Positions 31,866 to 41,258 of a stretch of 64,000 nucleotides of DNA are shown here, piece after piece; within the stretch, counting starts at the first letter, position 1; each line of letters begins with the position of its first letter. A program made the translations under genes and the position numbers. The DNA comes from Verrucomicrobiota bacterium (GTDB taxonomy: Bacteria > Verrucomicrobiota > Verrucomicrobiia > Limisphaerales > AAA164-E04). The stretch covers positions 608,001-672,000 of the forward strand of contig CP170459.1 of NCBI GenBank assembly GCA_047947115.1, written 5' to 3'. Under the pieces are notes generated by a model. That model was not told where the DNA came from and did no database searches. It was given only the letters and a program-made list of their open reading frames with translations.

Positions 31866-31910
31866 GAATCTTATGCTAAGAACCCGCTCCGATTCGGGGC
31901 AACGACAAAA

Positions 31911-32744
31911 CTACCCCACTTGAAGTCGGTCCATCTCTCCGGTCAAACCAAACTCGGACGCAAAATCCTTGGGTTCAACGCGCAACGGATCCAGACTCCA
32001 GCGCGCCGCCAAAGCGTGAACCTGGTTGGTGTTGTGATCAAGTTTCTCGTGAAGTTCATGTTCAGGAATTTCAGATGCCTGGAACCCATACTCAAAAGCG
32101 TGCATCTGGAGAGAGATCTCGGCGGATGAACTGCGACCTTCATTCCAGAGGGTAGATTCGGACCAGGCATAGGATCGGACTACATTTCCATCAATCAACC
32201 TCACCCATGCGTGTTCGCGCATCACGACATCCATGCAGAAGAACTGCACTTCTCCCACCACCGAACTGACGTTTCGCATGAAACCATAAAAAGCGTCCAC
32301 ATCATCGGATGGGTTGGGCAGAAAGTGGCCGAAAACCAGCACCCATCCTCTGATGGGAGGGGTGATAAACAAATTTCGTTCGGTTGCCTTACAAAGACCT
32401 TGCTCCCAGGAACATACTTCTGCATTGGTCACACCCAGCGCGTTGCGTACCAATCCCAGATTGCGGGTCCGGAAGGCCATCCAGCGCCGGGGCTGCCCAA
32501 ACACATAGGTAGGTATGGGGTGGGGTGTTTTCCAGAGAGATTTCCTGTTTGTAGGGAGAATGGGCAAATCCGAATGACGTTGCCGACGAAAGACATACAT
32601 GGTCAGAAAGAAAACAGCCAGACAACAGGCGAACATCGAACCCAACAAGATGACCGACCACATCAGGAGATCGGTCCTTCCCAACGGATCGCCTGCGGTC
32701 AAAGTCTTCAAAAAAACTTGAATGCGTTCCAAAATCGCCATCAT
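31911..32744 (-). CDS. Hypothetical membrane-anchored protein
   Basis: 277-aa ORF with N-terminal TM and FITPPIRGWVLV, VRSYAW, LAARWSLDP; co-oriented with the GNAT gene. Confidence 0.7.
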   Translation of the reverse strand: MMAILERIQVFLKTLTAGDPLGRTDLLMWSVILLGSMFACCLAVFFLTMYVFRRQRHSDLPILPTNRKSLWKTPHPIPTYVFGQPRRWMAFRTRNLGLVRNALGVTNAEVCSWEQGLCKATERNLFITPPIRGWVLVFGHFLPNPSDDVDAFYGFMRNVSSVVGEVQFFCMDVVMREHAWVRLIDGNVVRSYAWSESTLWNEGRSSSAEISLQMHAFEYGFQASEIPEHELHEKLDHNTNQVHALAARWSLDPLRVEPKDFASEFGLTGEMDRLQVG

Positions 32745-33033
32745 TGCAAAATTATCTCTTCATAGAAGATGATGCGCAGCCGCCCAAACCTACAATGCCC
32801 CCGGTTGGCGCACACAAGATCTCGCTTAACGGTGAAAGTGCGACAGAAAGGCGTTTTTTTCAATGCAAAAAAATCAAACTTACTCACATAAACCAATATT
32901 CCGTAGAATCATCATGCATCAGCACCCATCACACGTTACATGAACTTAAACAGAATCATCACGTTGGAAAATTTACTCAGGGACGCGCCCTTGTTTTGAC
33001 TTGGCAATGCCTCCCCTATTAGACTCAGCGCGC

Positions 33034-33792
33034 ATGGCGCCTAACTCCAATTACCAACGACTCCACGCGCAATCCTTCACTCTTTCAGCAGAGCATCAAC
33101 TGGTTGCCGGATGTCTGGTTTCTGCTGGTTTCGAACATTTTCCGCATTTTGTGGAAGATCTGGACAGCTGGTTGCATTCCGAAGAAAAGTTGTATTACGG
33201 GATATTGACCGCCAAGCAACGTCAAACCTCCTACCTGTTGGGGCGTATTTCAGCGAAAAGAGCACTGCTAGAACTTGCGCCCAACCATCCTTATACTTCC
33301 ATAAACATCTGCATGGGAGCTTTTAAGGATCCGATTCCTCATTTTCCATGCGATCGACCGCTGCAAGTCGGTATTACCCATTCCTCAACCATGGCCGCTG
33401 CACTGGCTTTTCCGGCTACTCAACCCATGGCAATCGACATGGAAGATCTTGACAGCAGACGAGCACGGACCATGAAGAAACATTGTGACCCGAAGGAGTG
33501 GAACGACATGGACGCATCCGACATGGACCCAACCTTGCTGTATTCCATACTCTGGACAGCCAAAGAGGCGGTGGCAAAGGTCTTGCGCATCGGGTTAACA
33601 TCTCCCTTGGAACTCATGGCTGTGAAAGAACTGCAAACGCACCCGGAAGGTGGGTGGACCGGATTCTATCAACAATTCACACAATACCAGTTTCGCACCT
33701 GGCTGATAGACCATCGTGTCATCTCGATCGTTTTCCCCAAAAAATCACGCCTGCTTTTCCCGGAAAAGACCCCCATCTTACCCTCCCATTAA
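33034..33792 (+). CDS. 4'-phosphopantetheinyl transferase (Sfp-type)
   Basis: YLLGRISAK, ITHS, MAIDME, LWTAKEAVAK; start uncertain (33001-33034). Confidence 0.85.
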   Translation: MAPNSNYQRLHAQSFTLSAEHQLVAGCLVSAGFEHFPHFVEDLDSWLHSEEKLYYGILTAKQRQTSYLLGRISAKRALLELAPNHPYTSINICMGAFKDPIPHFPCDRPLQVGITHSSTMAAALAFPATQPMAIDMEDLDSRRARTMKKHCDPKEWNDMDASDMDPTLLYSILWTAKEAVAKVLRIGLTSPLELMAVKELQTHPEGGWTGFYQQFTQYQFRTWLIDHRVISIVFPKKSRLLFPEKTPILPSH

Positions 33793-33827
33793 ATCGGAAA
33801 CGAACCAACGGCCCCTTCCCAAGTGCA

Positions 33828-36800
33828 TCATGGGGTGCCTTCCGCTGCCCCCGAAGACTTGCCAGAAGACGCCAGTTGATCAATGACTGCGAGAAATTGG
33901 GCGATATCAAGGGGCTTCACCAGATAGTCCGCAACCCCCATGGATTTCAGCCGTGTGATTTGTGAAGGTTGTGCATCCGCGCTTAAAATGCAGATTGGGA
34001 TGTCTTGAGTGGATGGCTGCTTCTTCAATATTTCCACCACCTCGTCACCATTCATATCAGGCAGATTCAAATCCAGAAGAATCAAATCTGGATGGCTCTT
34101 ATCAGCCATCTGGATTCCCTTATTGCCGTAAGCGGTGGACATCAAACGCACATTGGGCCGCAGTTCAAGCAACTGCTTCACAAGGCTCAAATTGTCTTCG
34201 TTATCCTCAATGTAAAGTATCTTGGTCTGATCGAAATTTAAAACGTCCTTCCTTTCAACTATGGATGTGTCCGTTTTAACGGATGTTTTCATTTTACTTC
34301 GAGAAATCATTTTCAGCCCCACCGAAAAAGTGGTTCCTATTCCAGGCTCAGACTGTACCTCAATACTCCCGCCCATGGCTTCGATCAATTTTTTACTCAA
34401 AGCCAGCCCCAGCCCCGTGCCCTCGATCTGGCTCCGCTGCTCAGCACCCAACCGATCAAATGGAACAAACAAACGATCCATTTTCTCCTTTGGAATGCCA
34501 TTCCCTTCATCATTGAAATGGATCTCCAAGCGGTCGCTCTCTGTTTTCTGACATCGGATATACAGTGTGCCTCCGACTCGATTGTATTTGATCCCATTGG
34601 AAATTAAATTCATGAATACCTGCTGCAATCGCCTTCCATCTGCAACAACCCGCGAGTCGCCGGGACACGCCACATCCAGAACCACAGCCGCCTGAAAGTC
34701 GCTTGCCAACGGGCTCAACATGTCAATCCCCTCCCTCAATAAGGGCATTACCAAAACACCATTCGGCGAGAAATGAAGCTGTTCACTTTGAATTCGCTCA
34801 ATATCCAGGACGTCATTGATCAGGTTCAACAAATGTTTTCCCGCCCGATGAATCCGATCGATATTACTCAGTTCACGCGTACCCATGGGGGCCATTTTAA
34901 GCAATTTGGAAAATCCAAGAATGCTGTTGAGCGGTGTGCGCAGTTCATGACTCATGCGTGAAAGAAATTCACTTTGAGCCTTATTGGCAGCTTCGGCATC
35001 ATCCCGCGCTTCTCTGAGAGTTTTCTCGTGCTGATGAACAGAAGTCACATCTGTCATAGTCCAGATTCGATGTGTCAAAGCCCCCGCTCCATCAGACACG
35101 GGAGCCACCTTGATCTCACACCAGATGGAACAACCATCCTTACGATATGCAAGCAAGGTCACTCCAGTCTCTGAATCTGAGTGAATGGCCTTCTTCAATA
35201 CAGTTACATCAGCCGGGTCGGATTCGGGACCCAACAAAATTTCCAGGTCTTTACCAATGATTTCCTCCTGTGAAGAACCAAACATCTCAAGAAACGTTCG
35301 GTTCACATGGATGATGGAGGCCGAATCGGATTCACTGATGACAATTCCATTGCTGGCTGCATTCAAGGCACGATCACTCAAATCCAGCTCCCGTGTGCGT
35401 TCCTGAATGCGCTTTTCAAGCAGACGGTGACTCTTGCTAATGCGGCGCACCCGAAGCCTGTATCCCCCGAGCAGGACGGTTCCCAACAGCAGGAGGACCA
35501 GCAAACGAAAACTTCCGGTTGCCCAAAAGGGAGCCCTGATTATGAAACGAATTGAAGGTTCGATCATGTCCAATTCACCTGAATCTTTTGTGGAAGCCAC
35601 TTCAAACTGGTAGTTTCCTGGAGCGAGATTGGCATAACGCATGGATGTTTTGCTCGAGGGACCCTCCCATTTGTCACTGAACCCGACCAGTCTCCATCGA
35701 TATTTGGAGTGATTGACGCCGCTGAATCGAAGTGAAGAAAAATAAAATTCGACATCATGTTGATTCCATTCAAAAACCTTGGGTGTCGTGTCTTTCTTCC
35801 AACGGTTCAATTCACCAAAATGATGGGTTTGGCCGCTCACCACCATTTTTGTCACGGTTGCAACCGAAGTGGATTCTCCGGAGAATGCAGATGGAGCGAC
35901 CATATCTAAGCCGGATTTGCCCCCAAAAACCAAATTTCCCAACCGATCGACAATAGCAGCCCCCGGTTCGTATTGTTTGTTGACCAATCCATCATTCTGA
36001 TTCAACAACAGCACCGTCCACGGTGAAAATTCGATTCGCAAAAGCCCCTGCCCCGTGCCCGCCCAAACGCGGCCCGAAGGATCTTCCACCAGACTGAGGA
36101 ATACACTGGAAAAACCACTGGCATGGGCATCGAAAATTTGAAACGTGCCTTTTACTCGGTCCATCCAATTCAATCCATTGCGAGTTCCAACCCAGAATCT
36201 ACCAGCCCCATCCTCCAGCATACACCGGACCAGACCGGAACTAATTTTGGTTGGATCGCTCGGATCTGCCAGGTAACGCGTGAATTGTCCGGTTTCCCTG
36301 TGATAACGATTCAGCCCGTTGTCGGTTGCCACCCACAACACTCCGTTCGAATCTTCGTATAAATTCTTGATGGAGTTGTTACTGATCGACAGGGGATCCT
36401 TGGGTTCATTCTTGAACACCTCAAACCCTCCCGTTTCTGTGTCGAGCAGTTTGAGGCCATCTTTGGTGGCCACCCAGAACTGGCCGAAGGAGTCTCTGAG
36501 CATGTCACGAATTCTCCGCCCGCTCTTCAACGTCGACGAAGAAGTATCCGGGTCATACCACCGCCATTGATCGGCAGCAGGATCCAATCGATGAAGACCA
36601 GCGCCATTGGTTCCGATCCAAATCGCACCATCCAAATCCTGAAACAAACTGACGATGTCATCGATCTTTAACCCGCCCGAAACACCATCGCCACTGGTCC
36701 AATGTTTCACCGCATGAGTGGATTGATCAATGCTATACAGCCCGTTAATGGAAGTGCCTACCCACAAGGCACCGTCCCGATCTTCCAACAAAGCCTGAAC

Positions 36801-38003
36801 GTCGAATGCGTGGGGCAAAGGGGATTGCAAATGGTCCCTCCAATCCACCACCCCCGGTTGAAGAGGGCGTACCATGTAAATATCTCCGCGATTCCCACCC
36901 ACCCAAAGCATCCCTTCGCGATCAAAAAAACCACAGGAAGGTCTCGTGAAATCCTGAGGATTGTTACCGGCAAGATAAAAGTGATCAAACTCCTGTGTCA
37001 CAGGATCAAACCGGGTCAGGGCATTGTATAAATTCTGGTAACCAAACCACAACGCACCATCATCAGACAACTCGCAAAAAATCACATCACCATCGAGAGC
37101 TCCGTCTCCTTGAACGCCAGCAGCACCCAAAACCGGAATAGGCATCCACTGATCAAGATCCGGATCCCAAAGTATGACCGCACGGTTATCCATCAGCAAC
37201 CAGACCTGTCCATCTCCATTTCCCACTCCACTGTAAATCCTTCTCGAAGTATCGGACACATCTTCCAATTGCACAGATTGAAGAACCGCAGTCTTTTGAA
37301 CGAGATCCAAAACCATCAACCCTTTTTGGTGAGTGATAACGACAAGCCTTTCAGGCCGGGACGGTTCCCATACCATTTCGACAACCTTTTTGGGTTCGTC
37401 CAGCAACAATGAGTCTCCAGAAAATCCACCGCTGCCAATTCGATGAAATGATTTTGATTCGTAATCCAGGAGATAGATCATCCCGGTACTGGATGACACC
37501 CAGAGATCCCCACCGGGTCCTTGATAAATTTTGTCGATATAAATCTCCTGCCCGGTTTGCCAATCCAGAAGTGGGTCTGGCTCCGGTTGGCACAATTCAA
37601 ACCGCTCCCTTTCGCGATCCATGTAATGGAGAATGCCGTTTTCCGTAAGTACCCATAAATCCCCGGGAACAGGCGCCTCAAGTATGGTCGTGACAGAATT
37701 ATCAGTCAGGGATGCCCCATCCCCGCTATGTGACACATAATGTTTGGTTTCATAACCATCAAAACAAATCAAACCATCCTTGGTTCCGATCCATACAAAC
37801 CCGAAAGAATCCTGTTCAAAACAAGCCACCACACTGAAATCTGTGGAATCCAAAGCTTGAAATCGCTCGGACTTGATCGGTTTCAATGGCACTCCATCAA
37901 TCGTCGCAGCAGACAACAGGTGTGCAGAAAACCAGTAAACAGTAAGAAGCCTCCAAAAAAGATTCGGAGCGGTTGCTGCAAAAATGGAACATAAAAACCT
38001 CAT
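33828..38003 (-). CDS. Hybrid sensor kinase: Reg_prop beta-propellers, Y_Y_Y, TM, PAS, HisKA, HATPase, REC
   Basis: Repeated EDxxGxLWVGTxNGL units; YANLAPGNYQFEV; SRMSHELRTPLN; GTGLGL; LLDLNLPDMNG. Confidence 0.93.
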   Translation of the reverse strand: MRFLCSIFAATAPNLFWRLLTVYWFSAHLLSAATIDGVPLKPIKSERFQALDSTDFSVVACFEQDSFGFVWIGTKDGLICFDGYETKHYVSHSGDGASLTDNSVTTILEAPVPGDLWVLTENGILHYMDRERERFELCQPEPDPLLDWQTGQEIYIDKIYQGPGGDLWVSSSTGMIYLLDYESKSFHRIGSGGFSGDSLLLDEPKKVVEMVWEPSRPERLVVITHQKGLMVLDLVQKTAVLQSVQLEDVSDTSRRIYSGVGNGDGQVWLLMDNRAVILWDPDLDQWMPIPVLGAAGVQGDGALDGDVIFCELSDDGALWFGYQNLYNALTRFDPVTQEFDHFYLAGNNPQDFTRPSCGFFDREGMLWVGGNRGDIYMVRPLQPGVVDWRDHLQSPLPHAFDVQALLEDRDGALWVGTSINGLYSIDQSTHAVKHWTSGDGVSGGLKIDDIVSLFQDLDGAIWIGTNGAGLHRLDPAADQWRWYDPDTSSSTLKSGRRIRDMLRDSFGQFWVATKDGLKLLDTETGGFEVFKNEPKDPLSISNNSIKNLYEDSNGVLWVATDNGLNRYHRETGQFTRYLADPSDPTKISSGLVRCMLEDGAGRFWVGTRNGLNWMDRVKGTFQIFDAHASGFSSVFLSLVEDPSGRVWAGTGQGLLRIEFSPWTVLLLNQNDGLVNKQYEPGAAIVDRLGNLVFGGKSGLDMVAPSAFSGESTSVATVTKMVVSGQTHHFGELNRWKKDTTPKVFEWNQHDVEFYFSSLRFSGVNHSKYRWRLVGFSDKWEGPSSKTSMRYANLAPGNYQFEVASTKDSGELDMIEPSIRFIIRAPFWATGSFRLLVLLLLGTVLLGGYRLRVRRISKSHRLLEKRIQERTRELDLSDRALNAASNGIVISESDSASIIHVNRTFLEMFGSSQEEIIGKDLEILLGPESDPADVTVLKKAIHSDSETGVTLLAYRKDGCSIWCEIKVAPVSDGAGALTHRIWTMTDVTSVHQHEKTLREARDDAEAANKAQSEFLSRMSHELRTPLNSILGFSKLLKMAPMGTRELSNIDRIHRAGKHLLNLINDVLDIERIQSEQLHFSPNGVLVMPLLREGIDMLSPLASDFQAAVVLDVACPGDSRVVADGRRLQQVFMNLISNGIKYNRVGGTLYIRCQKTESDRLEIHFNDEGNGIPKEKMDRLFVPFDRLGAEQRSQIEGTGLGLALSKKLIEAMGGSIEVQSEPGIGTTFSVGLKMISRSKMKTSVKTDTSIVERKDVLNFDQTKILYIEDNEDNLSLVKQLLELRPNVRLMSTAYGNKGIQMADKSHPDLILLDLNLPDMNGDEVVEILKKQPSTQDIPICILSADAQPSQITRLKSMGVADYLVKPLDIAQFLAVIDQLASSGKSSGAAEGTP

Positions 38004-38559
38004 GGTGCAATAACGGAAGAATCCCCCTCATGCAGGAATGATCAAAACATTTCCAACAGGTTAAATCAAAATAATAATAAACCTAGAAAGAAGAACAGCC
38101 TACCGATCGCATGCACCATTACACACGAATCAAAAGACTCTGTGTGGAGCAGATAGCCTTCATCTCAAATTGCTACCATGTATGCTTTAATACTGCCACG
38201 CCCTTCCAATTCGGATACCCCTTAAGAAGTTTTTTCAATTATTCAGGTGCGTGTATTTTTACAATTCTATAACATTTTTCCACCGAGCAACAATACGTGT
38301 CATGGTTTAAACAAAACTCTATGTCAGAAGGATTCAATTGGTTTTTTGGCCTTGAAATGTTCAACCGAATAATAGGATGGTAAAGAGTGAAAGGTGACTA
38401 TATGAAAAATGTGGAGTCATTTGCAAAATTGATTCGATAACCGATGACCAGTCATAAACATGCAGCACCAACGCTCCATTGAGCTGGGAGGAGGGCTCAG
38501 TTCGAAAGTTTTGAGCATGCCCCCGCACATGCAACCTTTATTAGTGCTCTCTACCAAAC

Positions 38560-39117
38560 ATGTACGGATTAGTAAACAAGGCTGTGGAAGGATTGATCAC
38601 TTCCAAATTCGGTGAAGAAACCTGGGAGAACATCAAAGCTGATGCCGGTGTCGATGTGGATATTTTTATCAGCAACGAATCATATCCTGACGATATAACT
38701 TATAAACTGGCAATTGCCGCCAGCGAGAGACTCAACATGCCTCTTGGAGATATCTTGAAAGCTTTGGGCCATTATTGGGTCACCCATGTCGCGGAAAAAC
38801 ACTACGGGGCTATGATGGTCGCGGGAGGATCAACTTTTCAGGAATTCATTGCCAATCTCCCCAACTTTCATCGCCGTGTTCGTATGATTTTCCCCGACCT
38901 TGAACCGCCCGTGTTCACGGTACGAACTAGTTCCGAGCACTCTTTGGAACTTATTTATGAATCAACCAGGGAGGGACTGGAAGATTTTGTCATCGGTCTA
39001 CTGCAAGGCCTTGGAGACAGATACAAAGTAAACATCCACATCCAAAGCGAGCCAATTGAAGCACCGGTTCAATCATCCATCATTACCATGGTTTTGTTTA
39101 AGATCTACTGGTCCTGA
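38560..39117 (+). CDS. H-NOX (heme NO-binding) protein
   Basis: MYGLVNKA start, proximal His in NLPNFHRRV, PPxF, YxSxR motif (YESTR). Confidence 0.93.
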   Translation: MYGLVNKAVEGLITSKFGEETWENIKADAGVDVDIFISNESYPDDITYKLAIAASERLNMPLGDILKALGHYWVTHVAEKHYGAMMVAGGSTFQEFIANLPNFHRRVRMIFPDLEPPVFTVRTSSEHSLELIYESTREGLEDFVIGLLQGLGDRYKVNIHIQSEPIEAPVQSSIITMVLFKIYWS

Positions 39118-39122
39118 AACAT

Positions 39123-41249
39123 ATGAACTCAAAAATACTCATCTATTTTGATGCAATCAAAAGGCTGTTTCCATTTTTTTTCACAGCTGATTCGCAGTCG
39201 AATATAGTCGAGTTTGGTCCTTCCTTGGCCAAGATTGTTCCCAGGATCAAGCCAGGCATGGCCCTGCGGGATGTTTTTCGGCCTCTGAGCTCCCATGACC
39301 TGGAACTCCTTGAGAGTAACGAAGGACCGACAGGCACACTATGTCTATTCAGTCCACTGGGTTCTGATTTGATTCTTCGAGGTGAGTTTACCCCATTGGA
39401 TGCAGGCACTCGTTTTTTTGCCGGATCCCCCTGGATTCAGGATTCAGCAGATTTAAATCGCCTCAAACTGGAGATCGATGATTTCGCTGTACACGATCCC
39501 GTTCTTGATTTACTGAATGTCATTCAGTCAGAACGCATGGCCAAGTCGGAAATCCACGACCTGGTCCGCCGATTAAAGACCCAGCAAGCTACACTCCAAA
39601 AGGCCAATGAAACGCTGGAAGAGCAAAACCGCACTATTCTTGCGGCACAGGGGGAAATTCTGGTTACACAAGCAGAATTAAAGCTCAAAGAAGCAGAAGC
39701 ACGCAAGCTGGCCCTTGTGGCCAGTCGCACCACTAACGCCGTGATCATCACCGATCCCAAGGGACATATTGAATGGGCCAATGCGGGATTTGAACGCATG
39801 ACGCAGTTCTCCTTGGAAGAAGTTGTCGGAACGAAACCCGGGGAATTGCTCCAGGGCTCGGATAGCCAGGCGAAAGAGATCGCCTTCATGAGGAAAAAGA
39901 TCGCCAAAGCTGAAGGATTTAAAACAGAACTCATCAACTACACCAAATCCGGACAGGCGTATTGGGTTGCGATCGAAGTCCAACCGGTATTTAACAAGGA
40001 GCGTCAACTAACAAATTTCATAGGCATAAGTACAGACATAACCAAAGATCGGAAATCCAAGGAGCGACTGAGACTGGCAAAGCAAAAAGCCGAAGAAGCA
40101 AATCTTTCCAAGAGCGAATTTTTATCTCGCATGAGCCATGAGTTACGCACTCCCTTGAATGGGATTCTCGGTTTCGGAGAATTGCTGAAAATGAGTCCTC
40201 TTACGACAAGGCAGTTCCAAAACGTGGAACACATCATCAAAGCAGGTGATCACCTGCTGGACTTGATCAACGAAGTGTTGGACTTGTCATCAATAGAGGC
40301 CGGTGCTTTAAACCTTAAAATGGAGTCCGTTCAAATATATCATATCATTGATGAGGCAATCCACTTGACTCAAGTTCTGGCAAAAGAAAGGGAAGTAGTT
40401 GTCACACTGGAGACTTCAATTCCCCGCGATTTACATATTAAGGCAGACACCCAACGCATCAAACAGGTTTTACTTAACCTTATTTCCAACGCCATCAAAT
40501 ACAATGTCCAAGGAGGAGTGGTTCAGGTCGGTGCCCAAAAGAGAACCGACTCGGTTTGGAGATTTCTCGTGAAGGATAGTGGCCACGGCATTCCTCCAGA
40601 TCAGATGCAAAATATATTTAAACCATTCGTTCGGATAGAAAACAATCAATCCGAAGCAGAGGGAACAGGACTGGGGCTGGCTCTTTCTAAAAAACTTGTC
40701 GAAGCTATGAATGGGCAAATCGGCGTTCACTCCAACCAGAACCAAGGATGTGTCTTTTGGCTCGAATGCGAAGCAATCACGCCTCAGGATCAGATCAGTG
40801 GCAGCCACTCGCAGCCACATCCAAATCAACTACTTCTTCCGGATGAGACACATACAGGAAGCGTTCTTTACATTGAAAATAATCTGGAAAACCTACAATT
40901 GGTTGAGCAGGTGATGGAGGCCCGTCCCAATGTGAAACTGTTGTCAACAATGTACGGTATGCATGGTTTGCAAATGGCAAGAGAAAAGCAACCAGATCTG
41001 GTCATCCTGGATCTTCATCTCCCCGACTGTCACGGGCGGGAGGTTTTACGGCAAATAAAACAATCAGAAAAGTCCAAAAACATTCACGTGATCATTCTGA
41101 GCGCAGACGCCATGAATGCCACAATCGACGAGATGCGAGAGCTTGGAGCAGACCAATATCTCAGCAAACCATTGAAAGTTTTAAACTTTCTGAAAACTTT
41201 GGACAAATTTCTCCCGCAAACACCTTCCGGGGGAACTGTAAAACCCTGA
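39123..41249 (+). CDS. HNOBA-PAS hybrid histidine kinase (H-NOX partner)
   Basis: LFPFFF...GPSL...LRGEF...GSPWI...DFAVHDPVLDL (HNOBA), coiled coil, PAS, SRMSHELRTPLN, HATPase, REC; 5 bp downstream of H-NOX. Confidence 0.9.
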   Translation: MNSKILIYFDAIKRLFPFFFTADSQSNIVEFGPSLAKIVPRIKPGMALRDVFRPLSSHDLELLESNEGPTGTLCLFSPLGSDLILRGEFTPLDAGTRFFAGSPWIQDSADLNRLKLEIDDFAVHDPVLDLLNVIQSERMAKSEIHDLVRRLKTQQATLQKANETLEEQNRTILAAQGEILVTQAELKLKEAEARKLALVASRTTNAVIITDPKGHIEWANAGFERMTQFSLEEVVGTKPGELLQGSDSQAKEIAFMRKKIAKAEGFKTELINYTKSGQAYWVAIEVQPVFNKERQLTNFIGISTDITKDRKSKERLRLAKQKAEEANLSKSEFLSRMSHELRTPLNGILGFGELLKMSPLTTRQFQNVEHIIKAGDHLLDLINEVLDLSSIEAGALNLKMESVQIYHIIDEAIHLTQVLAKEREVVVTLETSIPRDLHIKADTQRIKQVLLNLISNAIKYNVQGGVVQVGAQKRTDSVWRFLVKDSGHGIPPDQMQNIFKPFVRIENNQSEAEGTGLGLALSKKLVEAMNGQIGVHSNQNQGCVFWLECEAITPQDQISGSHSQPHPNQLLLPDETHTGSVLYIENNLENLQLVEQVMEARPNVKLLSTMYGMHGLQMAREKQPDLVILDLHLPDCHGREVLRQIKQSEKSKNIHVIILSADAMNATIDEMRELGADQYLSKPLKVLNFLKTLDKFLPQTPSGGTVKP

Positions 41250-41258
41250 TTCACGCAC

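Noticed and set aside
38428..38442. FNR/DNR box upstream of H-NOX
   Set aside because: Only the TTGAT half site matches; the second half is not ATCAA at the right spacing
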